DNA from: Fidelibacterota bacterium
Lineage (GTDB): Bacteria > Fidelibacterota > Fidelibacteria > Fidelibacterales > DSDE01
Reading direction: 5' to 3'
Assembly: GCA_046735395.1 (NCBI GenBank)
Contig: JBJKQR010000062.1
Location: forward strand, 32,001-96,000
DNA: 64,000 bases
Shown: piece after piece, positions 42,107-52,742 of the stretch
Position numbering within the stretch: the first letter of the stretch is position 1
Layout: each line of letters starts with the position of its first letter
Notes under the pieces: generated by a model
Database searches by the model: none
Seen by the model: only the letters and a program-made list of their open reading frames with translations
What the model was told of the DNA's origin: nothing
Program-made: the position numbers and the translations under genes

Positions 42107-43459
42107 CTAGAGAATGTAGCGGCTGAGATCTTCGTTCTCCACGATACCGCCCAGCGATTCCTCCACCATATCCGGCGTTATTTCCACATTTTTTTCCGAA
42201 TCGGGCGCCTCGAACATGAGGTCATCCAGCAGATGAGTCATGATGGTGTGAAGCCGCCGCGCTCCGATATTCTCCGTCTTTTCATTCACATCCGTGGCCT
42301 TCTGGGCAATGGCGCGGATGGCTTCGGGCGTCACCGTCAGCTCCACGCCCTCCGATGACAGCAGAGCCGCGTACTGTTTCAGCAATGCATTCTGGGGAGA
42401 GGTGAGAATCTGAACGAAATCATCCGTCGTCAGGCTGTCCAGTTCCACACGAATGGGAAACCGTCCCTGAAGCTCGGGGATGAGATCAGAGGGTTTGCTC
42501 ATATGAAAGGCACCGGCAGCAATAAAGAGAATATGATCGGTTTTGACGACGCCGTATTTGGTATTGACAGTCGATCCCTCCACGATGGGGAGCAGATCTC
42601 TCTGAACACCGGCCCGGCTCACGTCCACACCGCCGCCCCGGCTCTGATCCGCGGCAATCTTGTCGATTTCATCGAGGAAGACAATCCCGTCATTCTGAAC
42701 TCTGTTCAGCGCCTCGGCAGTAACGGCATTTTTATCAATCAGTTTGGAGGCTTCCTCTTCCGTAAGAATACGGCGGGCCTCCTTCACACTGGTTTTCTGT
42801 TTCTTCTTCTTCTTTCCGAAAAGGGAGCTCATGGCATCGTTGATAAAATCGGATCCGTCATCAAATCCGCCACCGCCGGGTCCGACCGGCCCCATGATGG
42901 ATATTCCGGCCACCGGTTTGCTGTCCTGCACTTCGATTTCCACCAGTTTATCCTCGAACTGGCCCTGGGCATACATATCCTTGAGGCGTTCCCGGGTTGT
43001 ATTGACCCGTTCCGTTTCTTCCGTGTCGCGGGCCATATTGTCCGGTAAGGGAAAAAGAATATTGATAATACGTTCTTCGGCCAGTTCCTGAGCCTTGTCC
43101 CAGACGCGGGTTTCGTATTCCTGTTCGACCATGTTCACCGCAATGGCCGTCAGATCCCGGATAATGCTTTCCACATCCCGGCCCACATAACCCACTTCCG
43201 TGAATTTCGTCGCCTCCACCTTGAGGAAGGGCGCAGCGGCCAGATTGGCGAGACGCCGGGCAATTTCCGTCTTTCCCACGCCCGTCGGCCCGATCATGAT
43301 AATGTTATTTGGAAGAATTTCCTCGCGGATATCATCCTCGATCTGCTGACGACGCCAGCGGTTCCTCAGCGCGATAGCCACGCTTTTCTTCGCCTTCTGC
43401 TGGCCGATGATGTATTTGTCCAGCTCGGCTACAATTTCTCTCGGTTTCAGCATGGTCAT
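42107..43459 (-). CDS. hslU: ATP-dependent protease ATPase subunit
   Basis: [25 protein letters not shown], terminal LSRYIL. Confidence 0.97.
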   Translation of the reverse strand: MTMLKPREIVAELDKYIIGQQKAKKSVAIALRNRWRRQQIEDDIREEILPNNIIMIGPTGVGKTEIARRLANLAAAPFLKVEATKFTEVGYVGRDVESIIRDLTAIAVNMVEQEYETRVWDKAQELAEERIINILFPLPDNMARDTEETERVNTTRERLKDMYAQGQFEDKLVEIEVQDSKPVAGISIMGPVGPGGGGFDDGSDFINDAMSSLFGKKKKKQKTSVKEARRILTEEEASKLIDKNAVTAEALNRVQNDGIVFLDEIDKIAADQSRGGGVDVSRAGVQRDLLPIVEGSTVNTKYGVVKTDHILFIAAGAFHMSKPSDLIPELQGRFPIRVELDSLTTDDFVQILTSPQNALLKQYAALLSSEGVELTVTPEAIRAIAQKATDVNEKTENIGARRLHTIMTHLLDDLMFEAPDSEKNVEITPDMVEESLGGIVENEDLSRYIL

Positions 43460-43995
43460 GATTCCAGCTCCAGAACGGTAATATTTTCATTGGTATAGAT
43501 ACAGATGCCGGCGGCGATTTTCAGAGCCTTTTCTGCAATTTCCGCTGCGTTGAGCTTCGTATTCTGCTTGAGAGCCCGGGCAGCCGCCAGGGCGTAGGGG
43601 CCACCGGATCCGATGGCAAAGAGATTATCGTCCGTATCAATGACATCACCACTGCCGCTGAGCAGATAGCCCTTGTCGCCGTCCATGACGACCATGAGAG
43701 CTTCCAGTTTCTGCAGGTATTTGTCCCGGCGCCATTCCTTGGTCAGCTCCACTGCCGCCCGTGTCAGATTTCCCTTGTACTCCTTGAGCTTGTCCTCAAA
43801 TTTGTCAAACAGGGTGAAGGCATCCGCGGACGCCCCGGCGAAGCCCGTGAGAATGGTATCATTATAAAGTTTGCGCACTTTGACCGTGCTGTGTTTCATG
43901 ACCGTGTTACCCAGAGTGACCTGACCGTCACCGGCAATGGCGGCCTTTCCGTTGTGTATGACACCCAGAATGGTGGTGCTGCGTATTTTTTCCAT
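43456..43995 (-). CDS. hslV: ATP-dependent protease peptidase subunit
   Basis: TTI...GDGQVT, GFAG..ADA, IGSGG, ICIYTN. Confidence 0.97.
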   Translation of the reverse strand: MEKIRSTTILGVIHNGKAAIAGDGQVTLGNTVMKHSTVKVRKLYNDTILTGFAGASADAFTLFDKFEDKLKEYKGNLTRAAVELTKEWRRDKYLQKLEALMVVMDGDKGYLLSGSGDVIDTDDNLFAIGSGGPYALAAARALKQNTKLNAAEIAEKALKIAAGICIYTNENITVLELES

Positions 43996-43997
43996 AA

Positions 43998-45392
43998 TCA
44001 GATTTCCCGTCTGAGCCGGGCAATGGGAAGGTTCATCTGTTCGCGGTACTTGGCGACAGTCCGCCGCGCGATGTTATATCCTTCCTTTGCCAGCTCCTTT
44101 ACCAGTTTTTCATCATTAAAGGGTTTGCTCTTATTCTCCGCCTCAATAATACGGCGGAGTGAATTCTTGATTTTTCGCGTGGAGACGTCCTCTCCCTCCG
44201 CGTCCTTCATTCCCTCGGTGAAGAAGAATTTAAGTTCGTGGAGTCCCATGGGCGACTGGACGTACTTGCCGTTCGTGACCCGGCTGATGGTGGAGATGTC
44301 CATGCTCACCATTTCGGCGATATCCTTCAGAATCATGGGTTTGAGGCCATCCGCATTACCCATGAAAAAATCCCGCTGTCTCTCGATAATGGCCTTCATG
44401 ACCCGCATCATGGTATTGCGGCGCTGATGGATGGACTGGATGAACCAGCGGGCCGATTCCACCTTTTTATTGAGATAATCCCGGGTTTCCCGATCCAGGC
44501 TTTCCCGGTGCATGATCATGTTTTCGTAGGATTTGGACAATCTCAGCTCGGGAATATTTCCATCATTGATGGTAATGATGAATTCACCGTGTTCCTCGGT
44601 CACGATAATATCGGGGACAATGTAGTGATTGGAAAATGTGGAGTCCATATCGCCGGGTTTGGGATTCAGCTGAGAAATAACTTTCTGGGCGTATTTCAGA
44701 TCCTCCTCATCGATCTGCATGCTCCGCATGATATTTTCGAAGCGGTGGTTGGCAAAATCATCAAAATGATCCCGGATCAGATCAATGACATAGGGTTCTT
44801 CATGATTCACTTCCAGCTGGATGAGCAGGCATTCCTGCAGATTCCGGGCGGCGATTCCCACCGGATCCAGACGCTGGAGAATCCTCAGCGCGCGCAGCAC
44901 ATCCTCCTCGGACTTTTCCAGGATAAAGGCAATATTTGATACCGGGACACTGAGATAGCCATTGTCATCCAGATTCCAGAGAATGTACTCGGCCACGGAC
45001 ATATCCTCATCACTCATGCCACTGGTCTTGATCTGTTCCAGAACCCGGTCAAAGAGCCGCAGCTCATCGGCCTGGGGCGTATTGATCTCTTCCTTGCTGG
45101 CATCAAAATCCGAACGGGGAATGAATTCATTCTTTCCGTCCCGGTCAAACACCGCGTCCCAGTCATATTCCGGATCCTTGTCGGCGCTCTGCTCCCGCTC
45201 CGTTTCCGCATCCCGCGTCTTCTGCTGCTTGAGAAGGGTCGCTTCCTCATCAATCTCGAGGATGGGATTATTCTCCAGTTCCTGGGTGATATTATTTTCC
45301 AGAATCTGCATGGGCAGCTGCAGAAGGGTGGACAGCAGAATCTGCTGAGGCGTCAGTTTGAGGGTCTGTTCCTGCGTGAGGCCAAGCTTCAT
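43998..45392 (-). CDS. rpoN: RNA polymerase sigma-54 factor
   Basis: Gln/Leu-rich region I, NPILE, STISR, RpoN box ARRTVAKYR. Confidence 0.97.
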   Translation of the reverse strand: MKLGLTQEQTLKLTPQQILLSTLLQLPMQILENNITQELENNPILEIDEEATLLKQQKTRDAETEREQSADKDPEYDWDAVFDRDGKNEFIPRSDFDASKEEINTPQADELRLFDRVLEQIKTSGMSDEDMSVAEYILWNLDDNGYLSVPVSNIAFILEKSEEDVLRALRILQRLDPVGIAARNLQECLLIQLEVNHEEPYVIDLIRDHFDDFANHRFENIMRSMQIDEEDLKYAQKVISQLNPKPGDMDSTFSNHYIVPDIIVTEEHGEFIITINDGNIPELRLSKSYENMIMHRESLDRETRDYLNKKVESARWFIQSIHQRRNTMMRVMKAIIERQRDFFMGNADGLKPMILKDIAEMVSMDISTISRVTNGKYVQSPMGLHELKFFFTEGMKDAEGEDVSTRKIKNSLRRIIEAENKSKPFNDEKLVKELAKEGYNIARRTVAKYREQMNLPIARLRREI

Positions 45393-45454
45393 AGCAGACC
45401 CGTTTCAACAGGTGCCGGAGCAGGATCTTCGATGAATGTCACGTTCCGGAATCC

Positions 45455-46180
45455 TTAATTCAGTTTAAAATTTGTACCGAGATACAGCCGTCGGGCTTCT
45501 TCATCTTCCGCCAGTTCCCGGGAAGGGCCTTCCCGGAGTATCCGGCCTTCGAACAGCAGGTAGGAGCGATCGGTGATGGACAGGGTTTCCCGTACATTAT
45601 GATCGGTGATAATCACGCCGATACCCTTTGTCTTCAGCCCCCGGACAATGGCCTGAATATCCTCGACGGCAATGGGATCCACGCCGGCGAAGGGTTCATC
45701 CAGCAGAATGAAATCCGGTTTGGTGGCCAGAGAGCGGGCGATTTCGGTCCGTCGCCGTTCGCCGCCGCTCAGGGTCTGACTGATATTTTTCCGGATATGC
45801 TGAATGTTCAGCTCGTCCAGAAGCCGGTTCAGTTCGCTCTCCCGCTCTTCCCGGGACAGCTTGAGGCTTTCGAGCACCAGCATGATATTGTCTTCCACGC
45901 TCAGCTTCCGGAACACGGATGCTTCCTGAGGCAGATAGCCCAGGCCGAGCCGGGCCCGGCGGTACATGGGCAGATGCGTGATGTTCTGCCCGTTATAGAA
46001 AATATCGCCGCGGTTGGGGCGCACCATGCCGGTGATCATATAAAAAGTCGTGGTCTTCCCGGCGCCATTCGGCCCCAGCAGGCCCACGATCTCCCCGCTG
46101 TGAATTTTCAGGCTCACATCGTTGACCACCCGCCGTTTACCGTAAATCTTCAGAATATGTCTGACATCCAGATCCGCCAT
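45455..46180 (-). CDS. lptB: LPS export ABC ATPase
   Basis: GPNGAGKT, YLPQEAS, LSGGERRR, DEPFAGVDP, TDHNVRET. Confidence 0.96.
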   Translation of the reverse strand: MADLDVRHILKIYGKRRVVNDVSLKIHSGEIVGLLGPNGAGKTTTFYMITGMVRPNRGDIFYNGQNITHLPMYRRARLGLGYLPQEASVFRKLSVEDNIMLVLESLKLSREERESELNRLLDELNIQHIRKNISQTLSGGERRRTEIARSLATKPDFILLDEPFAGVDPIAVEDIQAIVRGLKTKGIGVIITDHNVRETLSITDRSYLLFEGRILREGPSRELAEDEEARRLYLGTNFKLN

Positions 46181-46746
46181 TATCTGCGCATCTCCCTGTA
46201 TGTTCGTCCCCGGGGTTCATCAATGGTCCAGTTCTCAAGCTTCACATCCGACCGGAATCCGGTTCCGAATAATGTATCATTTTCCGAGTACAGTGTAATA
46301 TCACTTTCAGTGTAGACGATATTGCTGTCATTGCGCCAGAAGACCTTGTCCGTCAGCATGGTATAGCCGGAATCGGACACCATGACGACATGCCCCAGCG
46401 CCGTCAGGTGCTCAAGTTTTTCATTGATGATGCCGCTGTCGCTGGTGAGAAAGGAAACATGCTGTCCCAGCTTATCGTAATAATCCACCTTCATGCGCTG
46501 TCCGAGGCGGGTCAGGCCCTCATCCTCGTATTTGAGCAGATGCCCCGCCCTGATCTCCGCGCTCCGGTTTCCATTTTTACTGATGACAAAGGAAAAATCC
46601 CAGCTTTCCTGATCTGGATAGCTGCCGGTGTTTTCCGGAACGGACGGATCACTTTTGCTGCAGCCGGCATTAAGGATAAATAGCATCGTGAATACGCTTA
46701 ACAAAATTCTCACGCGGTCTTTTCCCGGCCTGGTTCCAATCTGCAT
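46180..46746 (-). CDS. lptC: LPS export periplasmic protein LptC-like
   Basis: N-terminal hydrophobic/lipobox segment, beta-jellyroll-like body (GHVV, LFGTGF); abuts lptB. Confidence 0.75.
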   Translation of the reverse strand: MQIGTRPGKDRVRILLSVFTMLFILNAGCSKSDPSVPENTGSYPDQESWDFSFVISKNGNRSAEIRAGHLLKYEDEGLTRLGQRMKVDYYDKLGQHVSFLTSDSGIINEKLEHLTALGHVVMVSDSGYTMLTDKVFWRNDSNIVYTESDITLYSENDTLFGTGFRSDVKLENWTIDEPRGRTYREMRR

Positions 46747-48356
46747 TTCAGGGATGCGGCGACGAAATCGCGAAAGAGGGGATGTGCGGATGACAGGCGG
46801 GATTTGAATTCAGGATGAAACTGCACCGCTACAAACCACGGGTGATCCGTCAGTTCGACGGCTTCCACCAGATCGTATTTTTCGTTGATTCCGCTGAGAA
46901 CAAGTCCGGCCTTTTTCAGATCATCCCGGTACTCGTTATTCACTTCATAGCGGTGACGATGCCGTTCTTCGATGAGAGCGGCGCCATAGCTGTCATAAAT
47001 TTTACTGCCTTTGGTCAGGCGGCAGGAATACACGCCCAGCCTCATGGTACCGCCTTTATCCTGAATGGATTTCTGTTCCGGAATAAAATCAATGACCGGG
47101 TGTGCCGTATCCGGATTGAATTCGGTGGAATTGGCGTCACTCCAGTTCATTACATTCCGGGAAAATTCAATCACCGCCGTCTGCAGGCCCAGACAGATCC
47201 CGAAATAGGGAATCTTATTTTCACGGGCATAACGGATAGCCGTCAGCTTTCCTTCCACACCCCTCTCACCGAAGCCCCCGGGCACCAGAATCCCATTCAC
47301 ATCCTTGAAATAATTATGAATCCGTTCCTCGTTATTGACTTCCAGATCCTCGGCCTCGATGAATCTCAGATTTACCCGCGTATCATTTTCAATTCCCGCA
47401 TGCACGAAGGATTCCATGATACTCTTGTAGGCATCCAGCAGCGTCGTGTATTTACCCACGATGGCGATGGTCACATCAAAGCTGGGGTTGAGAATGCGGT
47501 TAACTTTGGATTTTAGGCCGGCCGGATCAAATTCCCTGGGAGAGGTGAGAGAAAATTTCTCATTGAGAATATCAATGATTCCCTGTTTATGGAGAATCAA
47601 CGGCACTTCATAGATGGTGGCTGCGTCATAGGCTTCCACCACATTGGCCGGGGGAATATTGCAGAACAGGCCCACTTTTTCGCGGATACTCCGGTCGATC
47701 ATGGGTGTCTCGGAGCGACAGATGAGAATTTCGGGCTGAATACCGATCTCCCGCAGCTTCTGAACACTGTGCTGCGTCGGCTTGGTCTTGATCTCCCCTG
47801 TGGCCTTGATGAAGGGCAGAATGGTCACATGGACATTCAGACAATTGCGGGGTCCATGCAGAAGTTCGAACTGCCGGATGGCCTCGAGAAAGGGCAGGGA
47901 TTCGATATCACCGACAGTCCCCCCCACCTCCGAAATGATAAAATCATATTTATCCGCATCCTGTTCCCGCCGAATCCGTTTGATAATCTCATCGGTAATA
48001 TGGGGAATGACCTGAATCGTGGCGCCCAGATAGTCTCCGCGGCGCTCCCGGTTGATCACCTCATAATAAATCTGTCCGGTGGTGGCATTATTATCCTTGC
48101 TCATCTGCAGATCAAGGAAGCGCTCATAATGGCCCAGATCCAGATCCGTCTCGGAGCCGTCATTGGTAACAAAGACTTCACCGTGCTGAAAGGGACTCAT
48201 GGTCCCGGGATCCACATTGATGTAGGGATCGAATTTCTGTATGGTCACGCGGTATCCGGATTCCTTGAGAAGATAGGCGATACTCGCGGCCGCAATCCCC
48301 TTGCCGATGCCGGAAATCACGCCGCCGGTAATAAAAATATACTTGGTCGGACTCAT
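46710..48356 (-). CDS. pyrG: CTP synthase
   Basis: KYIFITGGVISGIGKG, DPYINVDPGTM, GICLG, FHPEF. Start reassigned to MSPTKY. Confidence 0.97.
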   Translation of the reverse strand: MSPTKYIFITGGVISGIGKGIAAASIAYLLKESGYRVTIQKFDPYINVDPGTMSPFQHGEVFVTNDGSETDLDLGHYERFLDLQMSKDNNATTGQIYYEVINRERRGDYLGATIQVIPHITDEIIKRIRREQDADKYDFIISEVGGTVGDIESLPFLEAIRQFELLHGPRNCLNVHVTILPFIKATGEIKTKPTQHSVQKLREIGIQPEILICRSETPMIDRSIREKVGLFCNIPPANVVEAYDAATIYEVPLILHKQGIIDILNEKFSLTSPREFDPAGLKSKVNRILNPSFDVTIAIVGKYTTLLDAYKSIMESFVHAGIENDTRVNLRFIEAEDLEVNNEERIHNYFKDVNGILVPGGFGERGVEGKLTAIRYARENKIPYFGICLGLQTAVIEFSRNVMNWSDANSTEFNPDTAHPVIDFIPEQKSIQDKGGTMRLGVYSCRLTKGSKIYDSYGAALIEERHRHRYEVNNEYRDDLKKAGLVLSGINEKYDLVEAVELTDHPWFVAVQFHPEFKSRLSSAHPLFRDFVAASLKCRLEPGREKTA

Positions 48357-48393
48357 ACCAGCCCCTTTCCTTCTGCCAGCAAAATTCATGAAC

Positions 48394-48693
48394 TCAGTCC
48401 TCATCTTCCCCGATGACACGGGGCACCGTAAAATATTCATCCTGAACCTGCGGGGCATTCGCAAGTACCCGCTCCCGCGCGAGACCCGGAACCGCTTCGT
48501 CCCGCCGGTTCACATTCACATTATCCAGAACCGAACTCAGGGGTTCCACATCTTTCAGGTCCAGAGTATTCAGCATTTCAAAATAGTCAATAATATCTCC
48601 CAGCTGCTTCGAATACCGCTCCGTTTCATCTTCCGTCAGATGAAGCCGGGCCAGTTTTGCGATATGCTGAACGTCTTCCTTTGAAATTGGCAT
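48394..48693 (-). CDS. gatC: Asp/Glu-tRNA amidotransferase subunit C
   Basis: ISKEDVQHIAKLARL...NAP...YFTVPRVI; RBS AAGGAGG. Confidence 0.93.
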   Translation of the reverse strand: MPISKEDVQHIAKLARLHLTEDETERYSKQLGDIIDYFEMLNTLDLKDVEPLSSVLDNVNVNRRDEAVPGLARERVLANAPQVQDEYFTVPRVIGEDED

Positions 48694-48703
48694 GAAACCT
48701 CCT

Positions 48704-48720
48704 TGCAGATATTGTGCCAA
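48704..48720 (-). promoter_or_regulatory. Putative sigma54 (-24/-12) site
   Basis: Minus strand TTGGCACAATATCTGCA with exact GG-N10-GC spacing. Confidence 0.55.
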
Positions 48721-48821
48721 GACGTGAATTTATTATAAACGGCAGTCTTTGTCAACTCTTTACAGGACAAAGCGGAGTGGCTGTGAGCCCGAAGGCGGAT
48801 GCTGCTTTTCTGCCATCCGGA

Positions 48822-49688
48822 TCAGGGTGATTCGGGCGGCCCCAAATGCCGGACAGTGCCATGCAAGTCCTCCACAATCGTCTCAATCACGTTCATATCA
48901 CCGTCATAACGGTAGCGATAGCGGAGACGGTTCACCACCGTCCCGGCGTCATCGTACACCGTTTCTTCCCGAAGCAGACCTTCCGGCCCGAATTTCCGCG
49001 TCGTCTTCATCCTGCCGCTCTCATTGAAAAGTGTCTCACTTACAGGAAATTTCCCGCGATGCAGCAGCTCGGCCACGATACGGCCATTCCGGTACCGACG
49101 GATCCGCAGCTCTCCCCCCGCTTCATCATAATCGGATTCAAACACCGGGCGACCCTGACTGTCATATTCGGACTGGGACCGGATCCGGCCGTAATGATCA
49201 TAATCGAAGAGGCTGGTCTTCGTCAGTTTACCCAGGCTGTCATAATCCCGGTCTTCCCGAATCCGACCCTTTTCATCATACATGATCTGACGCTGCACCC
49301 GGCCCTCGTTCCAGGTTTTCTCACGCAGCAACCGGCCTGAAGAGGGATTATACACGGACAGACTCAGGCTGTCGCCCGCATCGGAAAAACAGGTTTCCAG
49401 AACTTTTATCCCCTTATTGTAGTACCGGATACTCCGGGCACGAAGCAGCGTATTCCGTTCAACTATTTTCCCGCTGTAGGGCTTTTTCCCCTTCATCATG
49501 ATTCCGTCATCCCGGAAAGCAGGTTTTCCCGCACACCCCGCGAGAAATAAAAATATCAGGATATAAAAAACCCGGTGTCGAGACGAAAAACAGCTGATCA
49601 TACGGTAAAATAGGTATTTTTCCCCTGTCGGGCAGGCTTTTTTATTATCCGCTTTCCCGGCAGCTCTGTCTGTTCTCTCCTCAGACAT
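48822..49688 (-). CDS. MORN-variant/YwqK-like repeat protein, probable lipoprotein
   Basis: FLAGC lipobox; YSGKIV; repeated YD..G units. Start may be 49601. Confidence 0.72.
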   Translation of the reverse strand: MSEERTDRAAGKADNKKACPTGEKYLFYRMISCFSSRHRVFYILIFLFLAGCAGKPAFRDDGIMMKGKKPYSGKIVERNTLLRARSIRYYNKGIKVLETCFSDAGDSLSLSVYNPSSGRLLREKTWNEGRVQRQIMYDEKGRIREDRDYDSLGKLTKTSLFDYDHYGRIRSQSEYDSQGRPVFESDYDEAGGELRIRRYRNGRIVAELLHRGKFPVSETLFNESGRMKTTRKFGPEGLLREETVYDDAGTVVNRLRYRYRYDGDMNVIETIVEDLHGTVRHLGPPESP

Positions 49689-49943
49689 GCAGACCGCCCT
49701 ATCCTTTTTTCAATTTTGATTATAGTTTTCCTAATTATTGGAAAACAATTACTTCGGAGGCTTCACAAAGAATTAATATAGCGTTTTGATTCGCATTTTA
49801 CCGGGCCTGTAAAATTCAAGCTTTATATATTAAAATATTTTTATATAGCAATTACTTTATGTTTTGGTACAGGACTTGTAATGTGACCTATAATGGAAAA
49901 AAACAGCTTATGAGGAATTAAAACCAAGATCTGAGGAGTATTC

Positions 49944-52205
49944 ATGATTCACAAGACTTTGAATCGTCGGGAATTCATCAGGATCGCCGGAGCCGGAACG
50001 GGCGGATTAATGGTGGCCGCTCCCCTGTTCAATCCCTTGAAGGGGGAGATCCGGAACGGAAAGTCCGATATCGGGACAGACGACGGAGGCAAGCGTTTTC
50101 CGACCTACTGTGAGGTATGTTTCTGGAAATGCGCCGGCTGGACGCATACGGATGAAAACGGCGAGATCTGGAAGCTGACGGGTAATGATGATGATCCGCA
50201 TTCCAACGGACGTCTGTGTCCCCGCGGTACAGGCGGACTGGGAATGTATTATGACGAAGACAGGCTTAAAACACCGCTGATCCGGACCGAGGAGCGGGGG
50301 AAGCAGGTCTTCAGGGAAGCGAGCTGGGATGAAGCCTTCGACTTTATTGCGGACAAAATGAAACGGATCCGGGATGAGCACGGCCCTGAATGCATGGCCC
50401 TGTTTACGCACGGCTCGGGCGGATCTTTTTTCGGGAATCTGGTCAAAGCCTTCGGGTCAGGCAATATTGCCGCCCCCTCCTATGCCCAGTGCCGGGGCCC
50501 CCGGGAAGTGGCGTTTTATGCCACCTACGGCGAGGGCATCTCATCACCGGAGCGAATTGACATCCGGGATGCGAAAGCGCTGGTTCTGATCGGTACGCAT
50601 ATCGGTGAAAACATGCATAACGGACAGGTTCAGGAATTAACGGAGGCCATTGCAAAAGGCGCATCCGTTATCACTGTGGATCCCCGCTTTTCGGTAGCCG
50701 CGGGAAAATCCAAATACTGGCTGCCCATCAAGCCGGCCACTGACCTGGCGCTGCTCATGGCCTGGATTCATGTCCTGATTTATGAAGATCTGTATGATAA
50801 AAAATATGTTGAAAAATATACATTCGGCTTTGAGCAGCTGAAACAGCATGTAAAGGATATGACGCCGGAATGGGCCTATGGCATCACGACCATCGAACCG
50901 GACACGATCCGGAAAACGGCGAAGGAAATGGCGGCCGCCGCGCCCTCTGTCATCGTCCACCCGGGACGGCACGTGACCTGGTATGGTGACGATACGCAGC
51001 GTCTGAGAGCAGTTGCCATCCTCAATGCCCTGCTGGGAAGCTGGGGACGCCGGGGCGGATTTTATTATCCGGTAAAAGCCCATGTCACCCATTATCCCAC
51101 ACCCAAATATCCCAAACCCAGCCGGGACTGGCGCGATGCCTTTCCCAAGGGCACTTACAATCTGGCCGGGCTGGCTCTGGCCAACGGCCTCTGCGACGCG
51201 ACGGTTCCCTCCCTTAAACGCGATTGCAGCATCAAGGGCTGGATTGTGAACGGAACGAATCTCATTCACACACTGCCGGAGCGAAAAAAGACCATCGAGG
51301 CGATTCAGGCGCTGGACCTCATGGTGGTGGTTGATACCATGCCCATGGAAATCACGGGCTATGCAGATGTCGTTCTCCCCGAATGCACCTACCTCGAACG
51401 TTACGATGAACTTCGTACGGATCAGAACCGCATCCCGAATATTGCCCTGAGGATGCCGGCTGCGGAACCCAAATATAACAGCAAACCGGCCTGGTGGATG
51501 GCCCGGGAAATCGCCAAACGGCTGGATCTTCAGGACTGGTTTCCCTGGGAGACCATTGAGGAGAAGCTGGATTGGGAACTGAAACAGATCGGCTCTTCAC
51601 TCGAGGAAATGAAACGAATCGGTGTGAAGACCTTCGAGCGGGATGCCTACGATGAGATTTACCCCATGGAAGCACTGGCCGATTACGAATTCGGCACCAA
51701 TACGGGAAAAATCGAACTGTATTCCACGGCGCTGGAGGCGGAAGGCTTCGACCCCATGCCACGCTACACGCCGCATGAGGAACCGCAGGCAGGATATTAC
51801 CGTCTCATTTACGGACGGGCGCCCATGCATACCTTTTCACGAACGGCAAACAATCCCAATCTGAATGACCTCATGGATGAAAACGACTGTTGGGTTCACC
51901 CCCAGGTCGCCAGGGAATGGGGCCTGAAGACCGGACAGTACATCTGGCTGGAAAATCAGGACGGGGTGGTCACCAAGACGCCGATCCGCGTCCGGGTGAC
52001 GGAACGCATCCGCTTTGATTCCGTGTACATGGTTCATGGATTCGGGCATAGCAATCCCAAACTCACCCGAGCCTATGGACGGGGCGCCAGTGATACCGAT
52101 CTCATCACGAATGTGAAAGTCGATCCTGTCATGGGCGGTACAGGAATGCGTTCCAATTTTGTCACATTCAGATTCACTGCCGGCGGGAAGGAGGCGGCAT
52201 TATGA
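49944..52205 (+). CDS. psrA: Polysulfide/thiosulfate reductase catalytic molybdopterin subunit (PsrA/PhsA-like)
   Basis: Tat signal NRREFIR; CEVCFWKC...LCPRG Fe-S motif; AQC putative Mo ligand; ADVVLPE..YLER; HTFSRT. Confidence 0.88.
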   Translation: MIHKTLNRREFIRIAGAGTGGLMVAAPLFNPLKGEIRNGKSDIGTDDGGKRFPTYCEVCFWKCAGWTHTDENGEIWKLTGNDDDPHSNGRLCPRGTGGLGMYYDEDRLKTPLIRTEERGKQVFREASWDEAFDFIADKMKRIRDEHGPECMALFTHGSGGSFFGNLVKAFGSGNIAAPSYAQCRGPREVAFYATYGEGISSPERIDIRDAKALVLIGTHIGENMHNGQVQELTEAIAKGASVITVDPRFSVAAGKSKYWLPIKPATDLALLMAWIHVLIYEDLYDKKYVEKYTFGFEQLKQHVKDMTPEWAYGITTIEPDTIRKTAKEMAAAAPSVIVHPGRHVTWYGDDTQRLRAVAILNALLGSWGRRGGFYYPVKAHVTHYPTPKYPKPSRDWRDAFPKGTYNLAGLALANGLCDATVPSLKRDCSIKGWIVNGTNLIHTLPERKKTIEAIQALDLMVVVDTMPMEITGYADVVLPECTYLERYDELRTDQNRIPNIALRMPAAEPKYNSKPAWWMAREIAKRLDLQDWFPWETIEEKLDWELKQIGSSLEEMKRIGVKTFERDAYDEIYPMEALADYEFGTNTGKIELYSTALEAEGFDPMPRYTPHEEPQAGYYRLIYGRAPMHTFSRTANNPNLNDLMDENDCWVHPQVAREWGLKTGQYIWLENQDGVVTKTPIRVRVTERIRFDSVYMVHGFGHSNPKLTRAYGRGASDTDLITNVKVDPVMGGTGMRSNFVTFRFTAGGKEAAL

Positions 52206-52735
52206 GATATGGAATGGCCATTGACACACTGCGCTGTGTAGGATGTACGGACTGCGTGGTGGCCTGTCAAACCGAAAACAAGGTTCCCATCGGATTTGCC
52301 CGGGACTGGATTGAGGAAATCACCAGCGGCAGCTATCCGAATCTTCACATGGAAATCCGTTCCGAACGCTGCAATCACTGCAGCAATGCGCCCTGCGTCC
52401 GCACCTGTCCCACTGAAGCCAGCCATTACGGCCCCGGCGGGATCGTCCTGGTGGATCATGATCAGTGCATCGGCTGCAAGGCCTGCATCACCAGCTGCCC
52501 CTATGAGGCTCGCTACGTTCATCCGGAGGGCTATGTGGACAAATGCACATTCTGTCTGCATCGCGTGGAAAAGGGACAATTACCGGCCTGTGTTTCGGTC
52601 TGCCCCACCCACGCCATGACCTTCGGCGATCTGGACAATCCGAATTCGGAGATCAGCCGGCTGATCTCCAGCCGCAAATGGAAGACGCTGGCGCCGGAAG
52701 CCGGAACCGAACCGAATATCTATTATCTACTGTGA
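52202..52735 (+). CDS. psrB: 4Fe-4S dicluster subunit (PsrB/NrfC-like)
   Basis: Four CxxCxxC...C motifs. Confidence 0.9.
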   Translation: MRYGMAIDTLRCVGCTDCVVACQTENKVPIGFARDWIEEITSGSYPNLHMEIRSERCNHCSNAPCVRTCPTEASHYGPGGIVLVDHDQCIGCKACITSCPYEARYVHPEGYVDKCTFCLHRVEKGQLPACVSVCPTHAMTFGDLDNPNSEISRLISSRKWKTLAPEAGTEPNIYYLL

Positions 52736-52742
52736 GGTTATT

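Noticed and set aside
48822..49688. YD-like repeats suggesting an Rhs toxin or toxin-antitoxin locus
   Set aside because: Short lipoprotein with no Rhs core, toxin domain or cognate partner; MORN-variant repeats explain it.
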